Positions 21,733 to 35,679 of a DNA stretch of 64,000 bases are shown here, piece by piece. The number at the start of each line of letters is the position of its first letter. Position 1 is the first letter of the stretch. The stretch comes from Zygnema circumcarinatum SAG 698-1b (lineage: Eukaryota; Plantae; Zygnematophyceae): the NCBI GenBank assembly GCA_037447605.1, contig CM074804.1, positions 3,077,909-3,141,908 on the forward strand, given 5' to 3'. The position numbers and the translations under genes are program-made. The notes beneath the pieces were generated by a model that saw only the letters and a program-made list of their open reading frames with translations, was not told where the DNA came from and did not search any database.

Positions 21733-24700
21733 GTCCTGTGCGCCGTGCGCCACGTGGCGGGCCCACCGCTGCTGCAGGAGCTCGGGTAAGCTGCGCAGGC
21801 ATTGGAGGCAATGGCTGGGTTGTTGGACATGCAGTTGGTGGGTATGAGAGGGGTGCTCTCTTGGGCTGAGGGGGAGGTGTAGGCTCTTGTTTGAGTCAGG
21901 GTTAGGGTTAAAATTAGGGTTAAGATATGATTTAGGGTTAGCTGATTAGACTTAGAATGTGAGATTAGTAATTTTTTTCTGGTTCGGTTAAAGGTCCTGC
22001 TTTTTTTTTTTTTTTTACTAGATGTCACAGTCCAGAATTGGTTGGTGAGCTTGAATTAGAAGGGTATTCGTTCCGCAGATGAGGTGCTCGCCAGGTTTTT
22101 AATGTTAAAATGTGAAATGCAGCGAACGTATGATAAACTTTGACGTAATGCGTACTAGCTTTGGTTATGCATAGACACTGGTCCCCTGTTGGCGTGGACC
22201 TGAAAGTTTGGCCCCATAAGCGATGGCTGTGTATGTATCAGCTATAGACACACGTCAGTCTAAGGGCATCACTGACTTCGGTTGTTTTCTGTTTGAAACA
22301 TCGAAATCTTCTTATAAAAAAAAAGTTGTACTACTTACTATCTTGCTAGGTTTTCAGTGCATGGAACAGTTTTAGCTATCATACCTCGACGTTTGTTAAG
22401 TAATTGAAACCTGTTAAGTCTCAGCTCTTTCTTGTTTTAATTGGGCAAACCCTGCGGTCTTAAGTAGTGAAAGAATTTTCCGGGGCTATCCGGAAGGTTG
22501 GAAAATTTGAGACGGCGGTTCCTAGGACTCAATCACATTGGTGTCGTTCGAGTAGGGAACCAAGCCTTACTTGATCAAATATGGCATCTGCCCAGGCAGA
22601 TGAATGTATTTGAGAATTTTCTGGGCCTCTTCAAGATAGCTATCCTTTGCTCTCCGCATCCATTACCTTTTTTTCGGTATAGGTAGACTAGGGGTGTTTT
22701 ATGAATCAAATATGAGTTCTACATTTGTATAAAAAATGAGTTGATCCCCTGTCATATTCACTTTCATTTTCATATAGACTATGTGAAAGGCATAAGCCGA
22801 CTTCCATTCAGTTGATGCTGCGGTTTACAACAAGCGTAGATAGGACTTAAACCCTACTAATGTTTTGTTACTTTGAATGGGCCAAAAAACATTCATCATT
22901 CGCATTTGCCATGGTTCTATTGAATCGAGACGAATGGCTGGCAAGATTCTCAAACAGCGCAGCTTGCCTTCCCTCACCATTGAACTCTTCCGAATGCAGG
23001 AGGGGTGAACCCCGGTGGATGAGCGGCAGCCCCTGCATGCCATGACCGGCAGAGTGACATTCCCGGAAGAAGATGACGATGATCCGGAAGCCCTCACTGT
23101 CATCGATCCCTCCATGGGTGTTAGAGTGAGAGCAGAGAGGCCAATAGGCCCTTAGGGCCAATAAAATGTCGACCTTTCAGCTTCTTAAAATTCAAATCCT
23201 TTAATTTTCGAGCTTATGCAACCGCACTCAAGACATAAGACCCAAGTTAGGGGCCGCTCTCACCCACCTTGGGCATATGCATTTGCAGAGGGTGGCGGTG
23301 GACCCCCGGCTGCACGATGATGCTTTGCTTGCATCTCGGTGAGTCTGTGAGGGAGGTTGCAAAAGGACGAGAGGAGAGAGACAGTTACCACACCGATTGC
23401 GATCTGTAAATGTTTGCGAAGGATTTCGGGTTTTGAAAGTTTGCGGGTTGTCTCAATTCTAAGAAGATTTAACAAAAAAACAAGCAATCCTGTGCAATCT
23501 CAAACAAAAACTATGCTGCGTGATAAATTCTACACAGGCTGCGTGGGGGATCACACGGAGGAAATGTCGGGTTTTGGGGGCGAGCGAGGGCGGTTTTCAG
23601 CAACTCTGTTCTGACCTCACCCGAAGTGCAGGCACTCCGAGATGGCGGTGAGAGCAGCTCCGCGACCACTAAGGGATGTTGCTTTGTGTAGTTGAGACAC
23701 GAGACTCTAATGCTTTCAAGGCATGGGATGGGATTTTCTGCTCTCTCTGGCCAGGGCCACCTGTGCCGCCATCAGCGGCAGGCAGACGGCTAGTGACGAA
23801 GCTTATAGAGGAGTCCACTGATGACGAAGGGAGTCCACGCATGGGAGAGGAGAAGAAATTCAGCTCACAAATGCACGAGGAGTGGATGCGATGTTTGCGA
23901 GAAGAGATCAACCTCTTACGGGTGTGAACAAAACGCTCTGCTTTTCTCCCTCCGTGCCCTTCCCCACTCTCCTCCTGTCCCCCACCTCTTTCCTTCCGCC
24001 TCCCATTTTCTCATCCACTCAAAGAAAGTATATATGAGTCTAAGTCTTCCAAACCTTACTAGCTTCTCATCATAAGTTCAAACCTGTCGTCTTGGAAGAT
24101 TGTCACGATCAGTCAGCCAAGTCTCTCATCTTATTTTCATGGCATGGGACACAAATTTTGAAATTTAACTGAACATCGAACAGCTACACTCAAATATTAT
24201 GTTCAAACTTCAAACTTCGGACAGGAGGAGCGGCGGAACGAGATGTTGGCAGAGGAGCAGCAAGTGGCAGGCTGGAAAAAGGCGGCGGGCGATGCCGAAA
24301 CCTCTGTTGCAAGTCTCCCAAAAAGCCCATGGGCGGGGCCTGGGAAAAAGGCAGCATTTCCCATTCCTCCCACTCCTACAAGCAGCCGGCCATGGCGTCA
24401 AACAGGCCCCATTTCGCCAACTCCCAAATCATCCACATCTCCGAAATCTGCATCAGCTGTTACCCCCACGTCGAAGGGTGTTGATCGCCAGCAGAGTGAG
24501 TGAGAATCCGAGTCCGAATGCAAGTGTTCAGTATGTAGTATTCACTGCAAAGTCGCAACTAGAGTCTACTTGATTTATAATGTTAAGTAGGGGGGGGTGT
24601 TACGCAGGCCGAGGAAAGGGTCTGAGGCATCTCCATAGCCTGACTGTTGCGCACCATCTGGAAAGGAATTCAAGCTTCCCGAATGAGAATGCGCGGGAGG

Positions 24701-27700
24701 GAAAAGCGAAGCTGGAGGATATTTTGCCTCTTTCTGAAGCCACTTCCGGGACCATCCCTGAGCAGCATCCCTTGCCTTCTTTGGGCTCCCCCAAGTCTTC
24801 TGCAGATCGCAGTCTCTCTGCAAATCAAGTCTCCACTTCAGAGGGAGATGGAGGGCAGCATGGGGCAGCAGGTTTTCGAATGGCTCTAAGGAATTGGAGT
24901 GTGAGGAGGACGACTTCTTCACCTTCAGGACCCGAACCCAATAAGAAGCGATACGTGCGACATTCATCGATAGGTCGGTGGACCTGTAATAGCCTCTGAG
25001 AGTATTCTTGAATAAGTGAAGAAGTGGTGTCCTGAAGGAGGAGGAAGACTTAGTGGGGGTTTTGTTTCGCAGGGGAACCTGATGAATTGATGCGGTCCGG
25101 CCAGCTTCCTTCACTCATAAAAACTACAAAAATGGACCGCACAACAAGTGGGGTGAGAGCAGCAAAAGCGGCGGCTGAAGCTGCCGCAACAGGGGGCCAT
25201 AGAATACGGAGGGTGTGGGAGAGGATGAAGCGAATGCTGGGGCATAGTAAGGCAGTGGAGCAGACGGGACTGGTGAGTCTCTCCCACCCAACATGGAGAG
25301 TAGTTGAAGGCTATGGTTGGATTATTCGTGTCCCTTGCATTTGCTCTGCCATGTGTTGTTTATGGAGAATGTTATGAATGACTGCTGCATTGGTGGTGCA
25401 TGCAGTCGTCAGGTGGGAGCTCGCTCAGCAACAGACTCCGCCATGGGGTCATTCCTCCAGAAGAGAGGGGGCATGCATGGGTGGCTCTCGCCTGCTCGGA
25501 TGTAGAGGTAGGTGCCCCCCTCCCTCCTTTCTCTCTCTCACACACATTCTATCTCTCTCAACCGTTGGCGAGCCCATTAACGTATTCAATTTGAAATGGG
25601 TGTCTGCCGTTTCACTAACTCTTTAGAGGCTTTGGGATGTTGCTGAGGGAGCAGGATGACCTGGTTTCCCACTCTCGCTATCTTTTCCTTCTCCGGCAAC
25701 CTTCAAAAAGCGCTAAGTGTGAACCGCCTTCGCCACTCTTGTCATAATTGACTCTCCTTCACTTGCTCGTTTTAAGCTGCGATATGATTGGCGTTCAGCA
25801 AGCATAGAACGGTTGGAAATCCGTCTTTTTTGTTTTTGAGAGGGGCCTTGCGTGCTGTATCTTGGGCAGGGAGATTGAGCGAGATGTAAATCGAACCTTT
25901 CCATTGCACAGCAAGTTCCGAGAGGAGAGAGGGCCTGGTCAGAAAGCTCTTTTCAATGTCGTCAAAGCCTACTCCGTGCGTTTATCTAACACCAAATCCC
26001 AGTGATTGTAACTCGGCTTCAAGACTGGATGTGGTCGAACAAAAGCAGAGAGAGCGTGAGAGAGCGAGACAGTGTAACGAGAACTTGACGTGTACTTTTA
26101 ACGTGTACTTCTGTATGCAGGTAATGGATGAGGAGGTGGGCTACTGCCAGGTGAGCTCCTCCCATTCCTTCCATGAATGCTTGCATCGCCAAAAACCCAA
26201 CATTCCAATCCTCATGCCTTAGACTATCAGCCTGTTACATGCACTTGACAGATCTCGAGGGGGGCATTTGCAGGGTATGGGGTTTGTGGCAGCGACTCTC
26301 CTCATGCATTTGGGCGAAGAAGACGCCTTTTGCTGCCTCGTGTATCTGCTTTACCGATGCGGCCTCCGCTCTGTCTTCTTGCCCAATATGGCCCAGGTGC
26401 GGAGGTGCTGCTGCTTGCCATGACATGACCTCCTCACTATGGGATGTTCCTCACTATGGGATGTTCCTCACTATGGGATGTTGGCATGGAAGGAAGAGGT
26501 TGAGCTGAACGGCGGGCTTGCTTTGGCCATGGCCTGCAGCTTCAAGTGCGGCTCTACCAGCTCTCGCAGCTGCTCATGGAGTGTCTCCCCCGCCTCCACC
26601 AACACCTCGAAGACCTCGAGATAAAGCCGGTAATGTCTTAGGGTCTGCATTGTGGTTATTTCTTTCTCCGTCAGAGGAATGAATCTGCATTAGAGCTGAG
26701 GAGGAGTTTGGTATATGCTGGGAATGGCAGGTCATGTATGCTGCTGATTGGTTTCTGACTCTATTTGCGCGCACCCTCCCGATGTACCTCGTCTTCCGCG
26801 TCTTCGATATCATCATAGGTGTGTTCCCGCAGCATCGGGTGGGAGAGCAAGCAAGCACGTAGGAGTGTGTTGCGCATAACATGTATTACTTGAGTCCATC
26901 AACGGCCTTACGATGTGGAGAGAGGGAGAGATGGAGGGAGGAGGGGGGAGTTGGGAGGGGAAAGGGGAAAGGGGGCGGGGAAGGGAGCGGGGTCGTAGAG
27001 AGAGAAAACCAACAAGCTGCGGAATCTCCTTACAGAGTTTGCGGAGGCAAATGGGGGGGGGGGGTTGGGCGGTGCAGCGGAGAAGACAACTGCCATAGTG
27101 TTCAAGCTGGCCATCGTGCTCATGCAGGTGCTGAGAGAGGGGTGGACGAGAGGGGTAGGGAGGGGCGCAGCTGCGGGAGGGGATGGGAGTTGACGAGGTG
27201 ATGTCGTGGGAGGGCAGGTTTGCAGGCACCAACTGGACAGCTGCAAGGAGATGGAGTTCGCCATGTACTTCCTCCGGACAGAGCTTCCCGCACAGCTCAA
27301 GGTGGGCCACTCTTTGTTCTTTCAGCTCTCTCGCGTTGTTCACAATTCTGTGCGTTACACCTTACTGTCTCAATTATGGTTTCTGTCCGGCATCCTCGTG
27401 ACAGTCACTTGAAGATTACCAGCTCGAGGAGTTGATCGCCAAAGCACTCCGCGTGGAACTCCCCTTTGAAAGCCTGCTAAGACTGGAAACTGGTGAGAAG
27501 GAAGGAAACACTTGATAAAGTCACCTGCTGCTTTTGGCGTATACAGTCGTATAGAGGGCCCATGACAGTGCAGAGGTTGATGCGTAGTCCCCCCTGTTGC
27601 TGCAGAGTACGACCTTTTGGCGGAGGAGGCCGCCATGGCTGCGCGAGAGGTGGAGGCGGCCGCTGCGGCGAGTGAGGCAGCTGCTGCCACGTGGGAGAGC

Positions 27701-28480
27701 AACAGGGCGGAGATGGAGGAACGGCTGCTCAACGCTTTGGAGGTACAACAGCTGCTAACTCGTGCAGATAGCCCTGCATACGGCAGGTGGATCAGTGTGA
27801 GATATTCAACAAGTAAAGGTGCAGAAACTCAACATTGATCCAGTTAACCTTTCTCAAGGATATGTAGAACTGTCTGCATTTTGCAGGCTCAGAAGGAAGC
27901 GGAGGCGGCAGCTAAAGGTCTGAAGCAAAGAGTTGAAGAGTTGCTGGCAGAGCGCGAGGGGGGTCCTGGGCGGGGAGAGGCCCTCCCGGGGAGGGAGGAG
28001 AATGGGAAGCTGCGGGAAGGGAGGGAGGACTACCACCACTCTCTGGAAGACATGTCTCGGTGGAGGAAGTTGCTGAGCACGGAGGACCTCGAGTCGTCTA
28101 CCTCACTCCTGAAAGCAATTGTCGTGTTGCGGCGAGAAAAGACCGCCATATCTGAGGTTCTGCAGAAGGCGGAGCGGACTTTAGCAGAAAAAGTTCGCCT
28201 TGATAACCATAGACGAAGGGCTGTTGAGGAGGAAACAGCGGAGGGGTTAGAGGAGGAGTTAGGGAATGGCGGCGAGGAGGCCATGAGTGGCGGCTTTCGT
28301 GTCTCAAAGGCGGCCATGGGCTACCGCGACACGCGGCTCGGGCAGCTTCATGCAGGGCAGCTCACGTATGGGAGTGTGGGGGCGGCATGGCCCAGGGAGG
28401 GCTCGGGAGGGGAGGCTGAACTGAGGGAGGGCCGCTCCGAGGGAGCTGGTGTGAACATATTGCAGAGGTCAACGTTGTAG
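21733..28480 (+). CDS. TBC-domain Rab GTPase-activating protein (EVI5/GYP-like) with long low-complexity N-terminus and coiled-coil C-terminus; 5' end uncertain
   Basis: Exons from about 25870 read EIERDVNRTFP...LFNVVKAYS | VMDEEVGYCQ | GMGFVAATLL... | ...WFLTLFARTLP..VFRVFDII (R- and Q-finger motifs), then coiled-coil exons to the stop at 28480. Upstream exons (about 21733-25700) are plausible but less certain. Confidence 0.85.
26432..26482. repeat. 17-bp tandem repeat x3 (intronic)
   Basis: CCTCACTATGGGATGTT x3. Confidence 0.9.
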
Positions 28481-30960
28481 GTGGAGGCGGAAAGGGAGAA
28501 CCGGAGGGAGAGAGAGCTTGAGAGAGTTGAAATGAGAGAGAGAGAGAGAGAGAAGGGAGGGAGGAGGGGGGAGGGGGGGGGGTGGAGGGTTGTGGTATTT
28601 GATGGAGGCAGAGGGGAACAGTGGTGGGATATGAGACCATAAAGCTGATGGTCGTGAGGCTCTTTGTGAGCCTCCATAGCCTCGACGGAGCTCCGTGTAC
28701 ATTTTTTGTGAGCCAAAGTACAATAATATAGAAGCTCATACGACATCAGGTACTCAAATAAGGTAGAATGGTCCCACTGAAGTTGCTGTGAGAGCTAATG
28801 AGCCAATGAACCGAAGATATTTATGCAGGCAGTTGTATTTCTCGGCAGTGGGTGTGAGTTTGTGGGACTTGGCCGAGGCGCAGTGAGAATAAAATGGACT
28901 GGATGCTGATGTTGACCCATGTATCATTCATGTGCTCATTAGTGCTATATTTTTTTTTGGTACGTCCCTAGCCCCTGGAAACTAAGAAAGCTCAAATCTG
29001 AATATGTTCAACAGGGACACACCCAACAGGCGGGGCTTTAAGTAAACTCTTGCAATGCCCGCCCTCCTGTTCAGTTCTTGACCAGTCAGGTTTTCGGTCA
29101 GTGTGCGTGATGACGTCAAAAGTTTGTAAGGAGGACTTCCAATCCTGTATAGGCAGAACAATTCATAGAGTCGTGAAATCTGAACCTTTTCATTGTGGAG
29201 AAAAAGACTATATCGCAGAATGTAGAACTTTTATTGGGCATTTCGTCGTGCTTGTAGGGCGGAGAGCAAATTGGATCGAGGTCATGACTTTGGGCCATGA
29301 CCTATGGTCATGGACTCTTAAAAATTATGTCAGGGTCGAGTTGTCATGACCAAATAATGACCTATGTCACATTATGGCAGCTGCGCTTTGTCGTCTTGCC
29401 GCCTTTAATCCTCGGAACTTGGTTATGGTTTGTCGGAAAATGGCATTACTGTCGCGAAGCAGAGGCGAACTGGCGATGAGCAGCTGCCAGCTTGGGGGGA
29501 GTCCCCATGGTGTGTTATCATATGAGAGAGATAGAGGGATTGGAAGGAGCAGAGGAAGGTGAGGGAGGAGAGAAGGAGCCCGGGAGCGGGGGAAAGGGAA
29601 TCTACTGAAGTAGAAGACACTTTATTAGTTGCAAATGGCGTTTGAGGCCAAATATGATAAAAGTAAAATGTTAAACAAAAGCCAACTATAAGCGAAATTT
29701 GCGAAGGAATAAACAATTGACCAAAAAATAAACCTTGCATAACAAAAAAACTTTTAGGTTTTTTAGGGGAAGCAAAGGAGTAGGACACATACATAGCAAG
29801 CACTACCTAGCAAAAACTAGGCTTTGTTTCTGGGTGGGTGAAAATCATGCGTGTAATGGCGGAAACGGAGAAGGCCAAGAATTGGTCATGGCCGTGTCGT
29901 GAGAGCCCATCGGATATGGTCAGCCGTGATGACCCAAGCCATGGATTCATGTCCCCCCATGACCTCCAGCCCGCGCGCTCCGCCGCCGCCGCCACAAAGC
30001 GACGAGGCTCGGCCGCCAGCGTGGCAAGCCGTACGCTCCCACGCTCGCATGCTCTTTACTCCTCAGGGTGGGGTTCCATCAGCCCGTTTCGTAACGAGCT
30101 CGTTACGGGGTCCACGTAGGATGTCGTTTTGCAGATGAAACGACGAGTTCCATCAAAACGTCGTTTACCAATCAGTGATCGCCACGTGCACGATTTGAAG
30201 CGTCCGCCGTGGCCCACCGCGGTTACCGTACGCGCGTACGCGTTTCCTATGCGCACCACTCTTCTCCACCCTTTCCCCAGTCTTTCTCCTTTCCCTCGGT
30301 TTTTCCCTCATTTTTTTTTAATGACGCAAAGCCGCCACATGCTCCAATTTCGTTTTTTTCCTTCTCCAAAACGCAAGCATCATTGGAAAGCCATCCAAGA
30401 GAATGGAAGCAAAAATCTGACAGTGAAAATTTGCCAATCACGTACTCAAATTAATTAAACAAAAAGAATAATAATAATTACTACCCTAATCAATTGCTTC
30501 TGAAGTGCGGAGGAGCGGCGACACAACCACTAGACCTTCAAACACTGCGATCTCTCTCCTTCTAACAGAAAATTTCCATCGGTGCAAAGAAGTAAGGGGA
30601 GAGCCCCCCCCCCTTCCGGCATGCTCCAGAGCCGTTTCCGGCATGCTCCAGAGCCGTCTCCAAACCCTAATCCTAAGGCGAGAATGGGAAGGGAGCCCCC
30701 TCCGTGCTCATCCCCTATCTGCTTTAGGGTTAAGCGCCGGAGCTTAACTCCGCAGGCCTTCTATGTCGTTTGGCTGACTAGCTCATGGAACGCCCGATGT
30801 CCGTTCGTAGGCACTCGGGCTTCTCCTCGTGGTTTTTAAGATAAGTTGGTAGCCATGGCTGCACCTCGGCGCTGAAGCGACCTGCGACCACGACCGGCGG
30901 TCACCGAGCGTTGACGGCTTCCAGCCAGCGTGGCAGTCGCACGCTGGCGGATCTTTGGTA

Positions 30961-31550
30961 GCCACGTGGCGGAACACGAATGGTCGTAATGGCATTAACA
31001 CCACCTCCAGAGCAGCATTCCGTCCACCGCATGCAGAGAGGCTGCCCCGCTCCCCGCCGTCGATCGCCACGATCGGAAATGCTGCAGCCCCCGCCCCCCC
31101 GCCCGCCGACCCGCCATGCAGCGTCCTCCCCGGTACGGCGCAGCGCCCGGACGGGCGACGCCGGCCGAGCGCACGGTCACCTACGGTCACCGCGGTGCCG
31201 GTTGCCACGTCGATGCCATGTAGGCGCCACGTAGGAGGATGGAATTGCCACGTTGGTGGACGGAATCCATCGTCGCATCGTGGCCGCACATTGAGCGTGC
31301 GAATTAAAATCGACGGCGGGCGGTGCGCTGCAGGATTTTAGTGAAACTTGCTTCCATCAAACCTCTTGCAGCGAATGCGCACGTTCGTACCATGGTTTCT
31401 CGCTGCACCGAGCCGCGCTTTTTGCGGCCCCAACGCTGCAGGCACGTGTGGAACGGTGCCTCGATACCACGTGGCAGCCACGTCGGCGCCACGTTGGCGG
31501 AAACGGCTTCATGGAACCCATGGGTCGTCGAGCACTACGACACCACGTCG
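30961..31550. promoter_or_regulatory. CCACGT/G-box cluster upstream of HIR gene
   Basis: GCCACGTGGC at 30961, ACCACGTGGC near 31466 and several further (G/A)CCACGT cores. Confidence 0.4.
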
Positions 31551-31897
31551 GTAAAACGGGCTGATGGAACGGAGAGTTCGGCGTGGGAGTTCTGACGCTT
31601 CCGCGAAGCTTCCTCCTCCGTTGCCTTCCCGTCCTCACTCTATCTCTCTCTCTCTCTCTCTCTCTCTTCCAAGGTTTCTCTTTCCCTCGTCTCCCGTTCA
31701 GGCCTGAGCTTGAAGGAGACGCAAAGGGCGATACTGTCTCGCTTACTTTTCTCGCGCGCGCTGTCTCTCTCTCACTCTTTATTACCTCTGTTTTTTATAC
31801 GCTCTCTCTCTGTACTACCGCTACTCTCTACTTCCACTACTGTCCGCTATTGCTGAATAGCTCAGTTCCACCGAAGGAGAAGAAGCAGAAGGCAGCC

Positions 31898-34444
31898 ATG
31901 TCCGTGTGCTGTCTGTACTGCGTCGGGCAGTCGATGGTGGGCGTGGTGGAAAAATGGGGGCGCTTTTCGCATATCGCGCTGCCGGGCATGAATTTCTTGA
32001 ACCCCTTGGAGGGTTACTGGATGGCGGGCATGCTCTCCATGCGCGTGCAGCAGCTGGATGTGCGCTGCGATACTAAGACCAAGGTGCGTGGCTTCTTCTG
32101 TCGACTGCGACAGTGAAAGGCGCAGGGCTAGATAGCGAAAAGTTGAGAGCGTCTTTAGGGTTAACAGACGGGGAGAGTTAGCGGATGCGTGCCGTCGTAC
32201 TGAAACCAGGAGGAGATGCTTCGATTTTTAAGGTTTAGGGCGAGGAGAGTTCATGTTAATGAGAGGATGGGAACAACGTTCTTGGCTGTAGCCGTCCTAC
32301 TGCCGTGCGCGTGCTGTCACAATTTTTCGGTCAGTCATGGTGAGCCGGGATTTGAAGCGGCTGCAGGACAACGTTTTCGTCACCATCGTGTGTTCTGTAC
32401 AGTACCGCGTGGTGCAGCAGAATGCCGATGATGCGTTTTATGAGCTGCAAAACCCGAGAGAGCAGATTCAAGCCTATGTGTTTGACGGTATGATCATCCT
32501 ATCTCGTTGCTTGGTGATTGCACCTTTTTGTTTCGTGATGAATCGAATGAGAAAATTTAGGGCAAAAGAAGCAGAATATATTTGTTGAAGGGACCCCGGA
32601 AAAGCGGCGCGATTCGGAGAGAGCAGTGTGCTTTGTTCTGTTGGCGGGGCAGACAGCCAAGAAACGGAAACGTACTGAGTCGTGTGACTCGACATGGACG
32701 GTTTAGCTGTTGCCTCTGGTGATGTCTTCTGAAGTGAAATGCGTCGGTCGTGCGTGAGGAAACGTAATAAAGAAGCTGGCCTTTCTGGGCTCCAGCTTTT
32801 CTAACCGTGGATCGAGATATCTTCAATTGTCTTGCGCAGTGGTCCGAGCCAGCGTGCCTCGCCTACTCCTCGACCTAGTATTTGAGCAAAAGGATGAGAT
32901 CGCTCGGAATGTTGCAGAGGAGTTAGAAAAGGTGCGCGTTTTATCTTGGTTTAAAAGCCAGATCTGAAATTTCTAAATCTCTGACTATAGGAGCATGGAC
33001 GTGGATGGTTCTGCATAGGATGGGGCCATTTCTTATTTCTTTTTTATCCTCTCTCTCTCTCTTTCTCTCACCTTGGAGGCCAGGAACTTAGGCCTCCAAG
33101 GCGATGTTTTTGTGAAGGTCTCTGCTTTTTTTTTTTTTTTTGCTTTTTTTTCTTTTTTTCTGTTACCACCATAGCTTATGTTTCGACTCATAGAAACAAG
33201 GGCAGTCCTTAACTGGGAAGATGACTGAGAAAGTGGAATGCACATGCAGGGTATTAAGCTTGAGTTGCGGGGAAGACGCAGGGCAGACAACAGGTTAGAG
33301 CTCAGATCAACGGAAGGGTTAAGATCATATGAACAGGGTTTAGTAAGTTCTTCTGTTTCCTTATTTTCGCCTGGTGGATCTTCTGCAGGTTATGAGCGCC
33401 TATGGGTACACTATTCAGCAAACACTTATCGTAGACATTGAGCCGGATGCCACCGTTCGCCGTGCTATGAATGAAATCAATGCTGGTGTGTATTGTGCCT
33501 TCTGAAGCTCTTTAATAATATACGTCCTTTAGTTTTTTAGACATCTTGAAGGGACACTTGCAGCTTTAATTTTCATGTACGAGTTGAGACGAAAAAAAAA
33601 GGCTTCATATGCTTGGAGAACCTAGTTCTGGTCTGAACAGACCAGGAAGTATTCTCTGTTCTTGAAAGAAATTTTCTGAAAAAAAAATAGGCACTGCATG
33701 TGGGCGTTGTGGATTTCAGCACAACGACTGCGAATGGCGGCCACGGAGAAGGCAGAAGCAGAAAAGATCCTTATGGTGAAGCGAGCTGAAGCGGAGGCGG
33801 AGTCGAAGTATCTGTCAGGAGTTGGGGTGGCTCGCCAGCGGCAGGTGGGAGAAGAGTGGGAGAATGCGGTTTCTGGAAGAGGGGGAAAGGAAAAGAAGGT
33901 GGAAAGAAGAAAACCAAGTAAATTTTCAGGTTTTTTAGGGTTTGAAAAGAGGCGATGATTTATCGTATCAGAGAGTGTTCTTCAATTTGTCTGTTTCTTA
34001 CTGCAACGGAGGGTCGTGAACATGCAGGCTATTGTGGATGGCCTCCGAGAGAGCGTCCTTGCCTTTTCGCACAACGTGTCGGGAACTTCGCCCAAGGACG
34101 TGCTGGACATGGTGCTTGTCACGCAGTACTTCGACACCATGAAGGTCAGGAGATGATTCAGGAATAGAGAGACAGAGAGAGGGAGAGAGGAAGAGAGAGA
34201 GGGGGGCATTCCTCCTTGTAAGGAGTGCAGCCTTGTGGCGGGCTCGTGAACCGGGAAAATGGTACTTGCTACAGTTACCCTAACAGCTGCGATATTCAAT
34301 TGCATGCAGGAAATTGGCGCTTCGAGCAAAACCAATGCAGTGTTCATCCCGCATGGACCGGGCCATGTCGCAGATATCGCAGAGCAAATTCGGAACGGCC
34401 AGCTGCAGGGCCTCGCTACACTGGAGCCTTCAAATTCACGTTAA
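31898..34444 (+). CDS. HIR: Hypersensitive-induced response protein (SPFH/band-7), 290 aa, 7 exons
   Basis: Exons 31898-32083, 32367-32487, 32840-32931, 33389-33485, 33720-33844, 34028-34144, 34310-34444 total 873 nt. Motifs [60 protein letters not shown]. Confidence 0.95.
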
Positions 34445-34692
34445 GCTTTTGGTCTCGTTGTTTGGTCCATGTAGCAGCATTTCTGAAGGGCGTGAAGCGG
34501 CACTGGGGAGAAACCACGAGGGCCCCTCGAGGAGTGAAGTAAATTGTTGAGCTCTTAGTCTTCAGAAGCTTCTCGAACTGTGAAGTCACGCGTTGCACTT
34601 GTACAGTAGCAAAACTATGAACTACGAAACTATCCCTGCTTGCATAGGAGGGGAAGTTGGAGTAGAAGGACGAGGACTTGAGACGTTCACTT

Positions 34693-34775
34693 TGTTGTTG
34701 GATAAACTCAAAATTTTGTTGTAAGATAAACTCAAAATTTTGTTGTAAGATAAACTCAGAATTTTGTTGTAACTT
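34693..34775. repeat. 26-bp tandem repeat x3
   Basis: TTGTTGTAAGATAAACTCAAAATTTT-like unit x3. Confidence 0.85.
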
Positions 34776-35679
34776 GTGCTATTATGGTTCACAATATCCT
34801 TTTGATGTTATTTAATTCACGTAGATTGTTGAACCCGAAAATGGACCGGATTTGTTGTTGAGTATTTGTTGAAATGTTGCAAGATGCGGGGAAAATCCCT
34901 GAGAGATCCCAAGTGAACGCTGAACATTCCAATGCCTGTCAATGGTATATGGATTGACATTTGGGCTTTTGAATGCTTTTTTCTTCTTTTTCTTTTTTAG
35001 AATTCTATGAATTTCAGTCCTTTGTTTAAGAAGTTTTAAAAACGTCGGACATCCCTTCACATGTCGTGGTTCGGCCATTTAGCAATGTCTCCCTGCCATG
35101 CCATGCCATGCCACGTGTCTCAAACGCTTCCACCGTCCAGACCGCCCAGCCGCGTATGCATGCATGCATGCATGCTCATGTCCGCCACAAACAAACAAAC
35201 TTTGTGGCGTAGAGTCCCAAGCGCGCCGAACCAGAAACCGGCGGTTTGCGGTTTGCGGTTTGCGCCGGAAAACAAAATCAGCCCGCCCGGTCCGGCCCGG
35301 GGATGCCTCCGCAAAAATCTCCGCCTGTGCGGGCGGGCGCTCTGTCCATATTTCGGCCGACGGCCGCCGGAGGGGCCGCGACGGCCCACCCCAATCGGAG
35401 CCCGCCGTGTGGCAGATTTGACTTCGCCGCGAATAGGAACTGCGACATCTGGCCAAAAAGGAACGCGTGTCGGCGGCTGGCAGTCCCGCCCAGCGGCGGG
35501 CGACAGGAGGGAAATATCTCCTGCGCTGCTTCTCGGCGCAAGGGGGCAGGGAGAGGCTGCAGGAGCTCCAAGCAGGCGTAAGGGCCGCCTGAAGTGGGGG
35601 GGGGGAGGGAGGGAGAAGAGGGCGTGCGGGAGGGCGGAGGAGTGTCGCAATAGGAGGAGCAGGGGTAGGGTGCGGCGCC

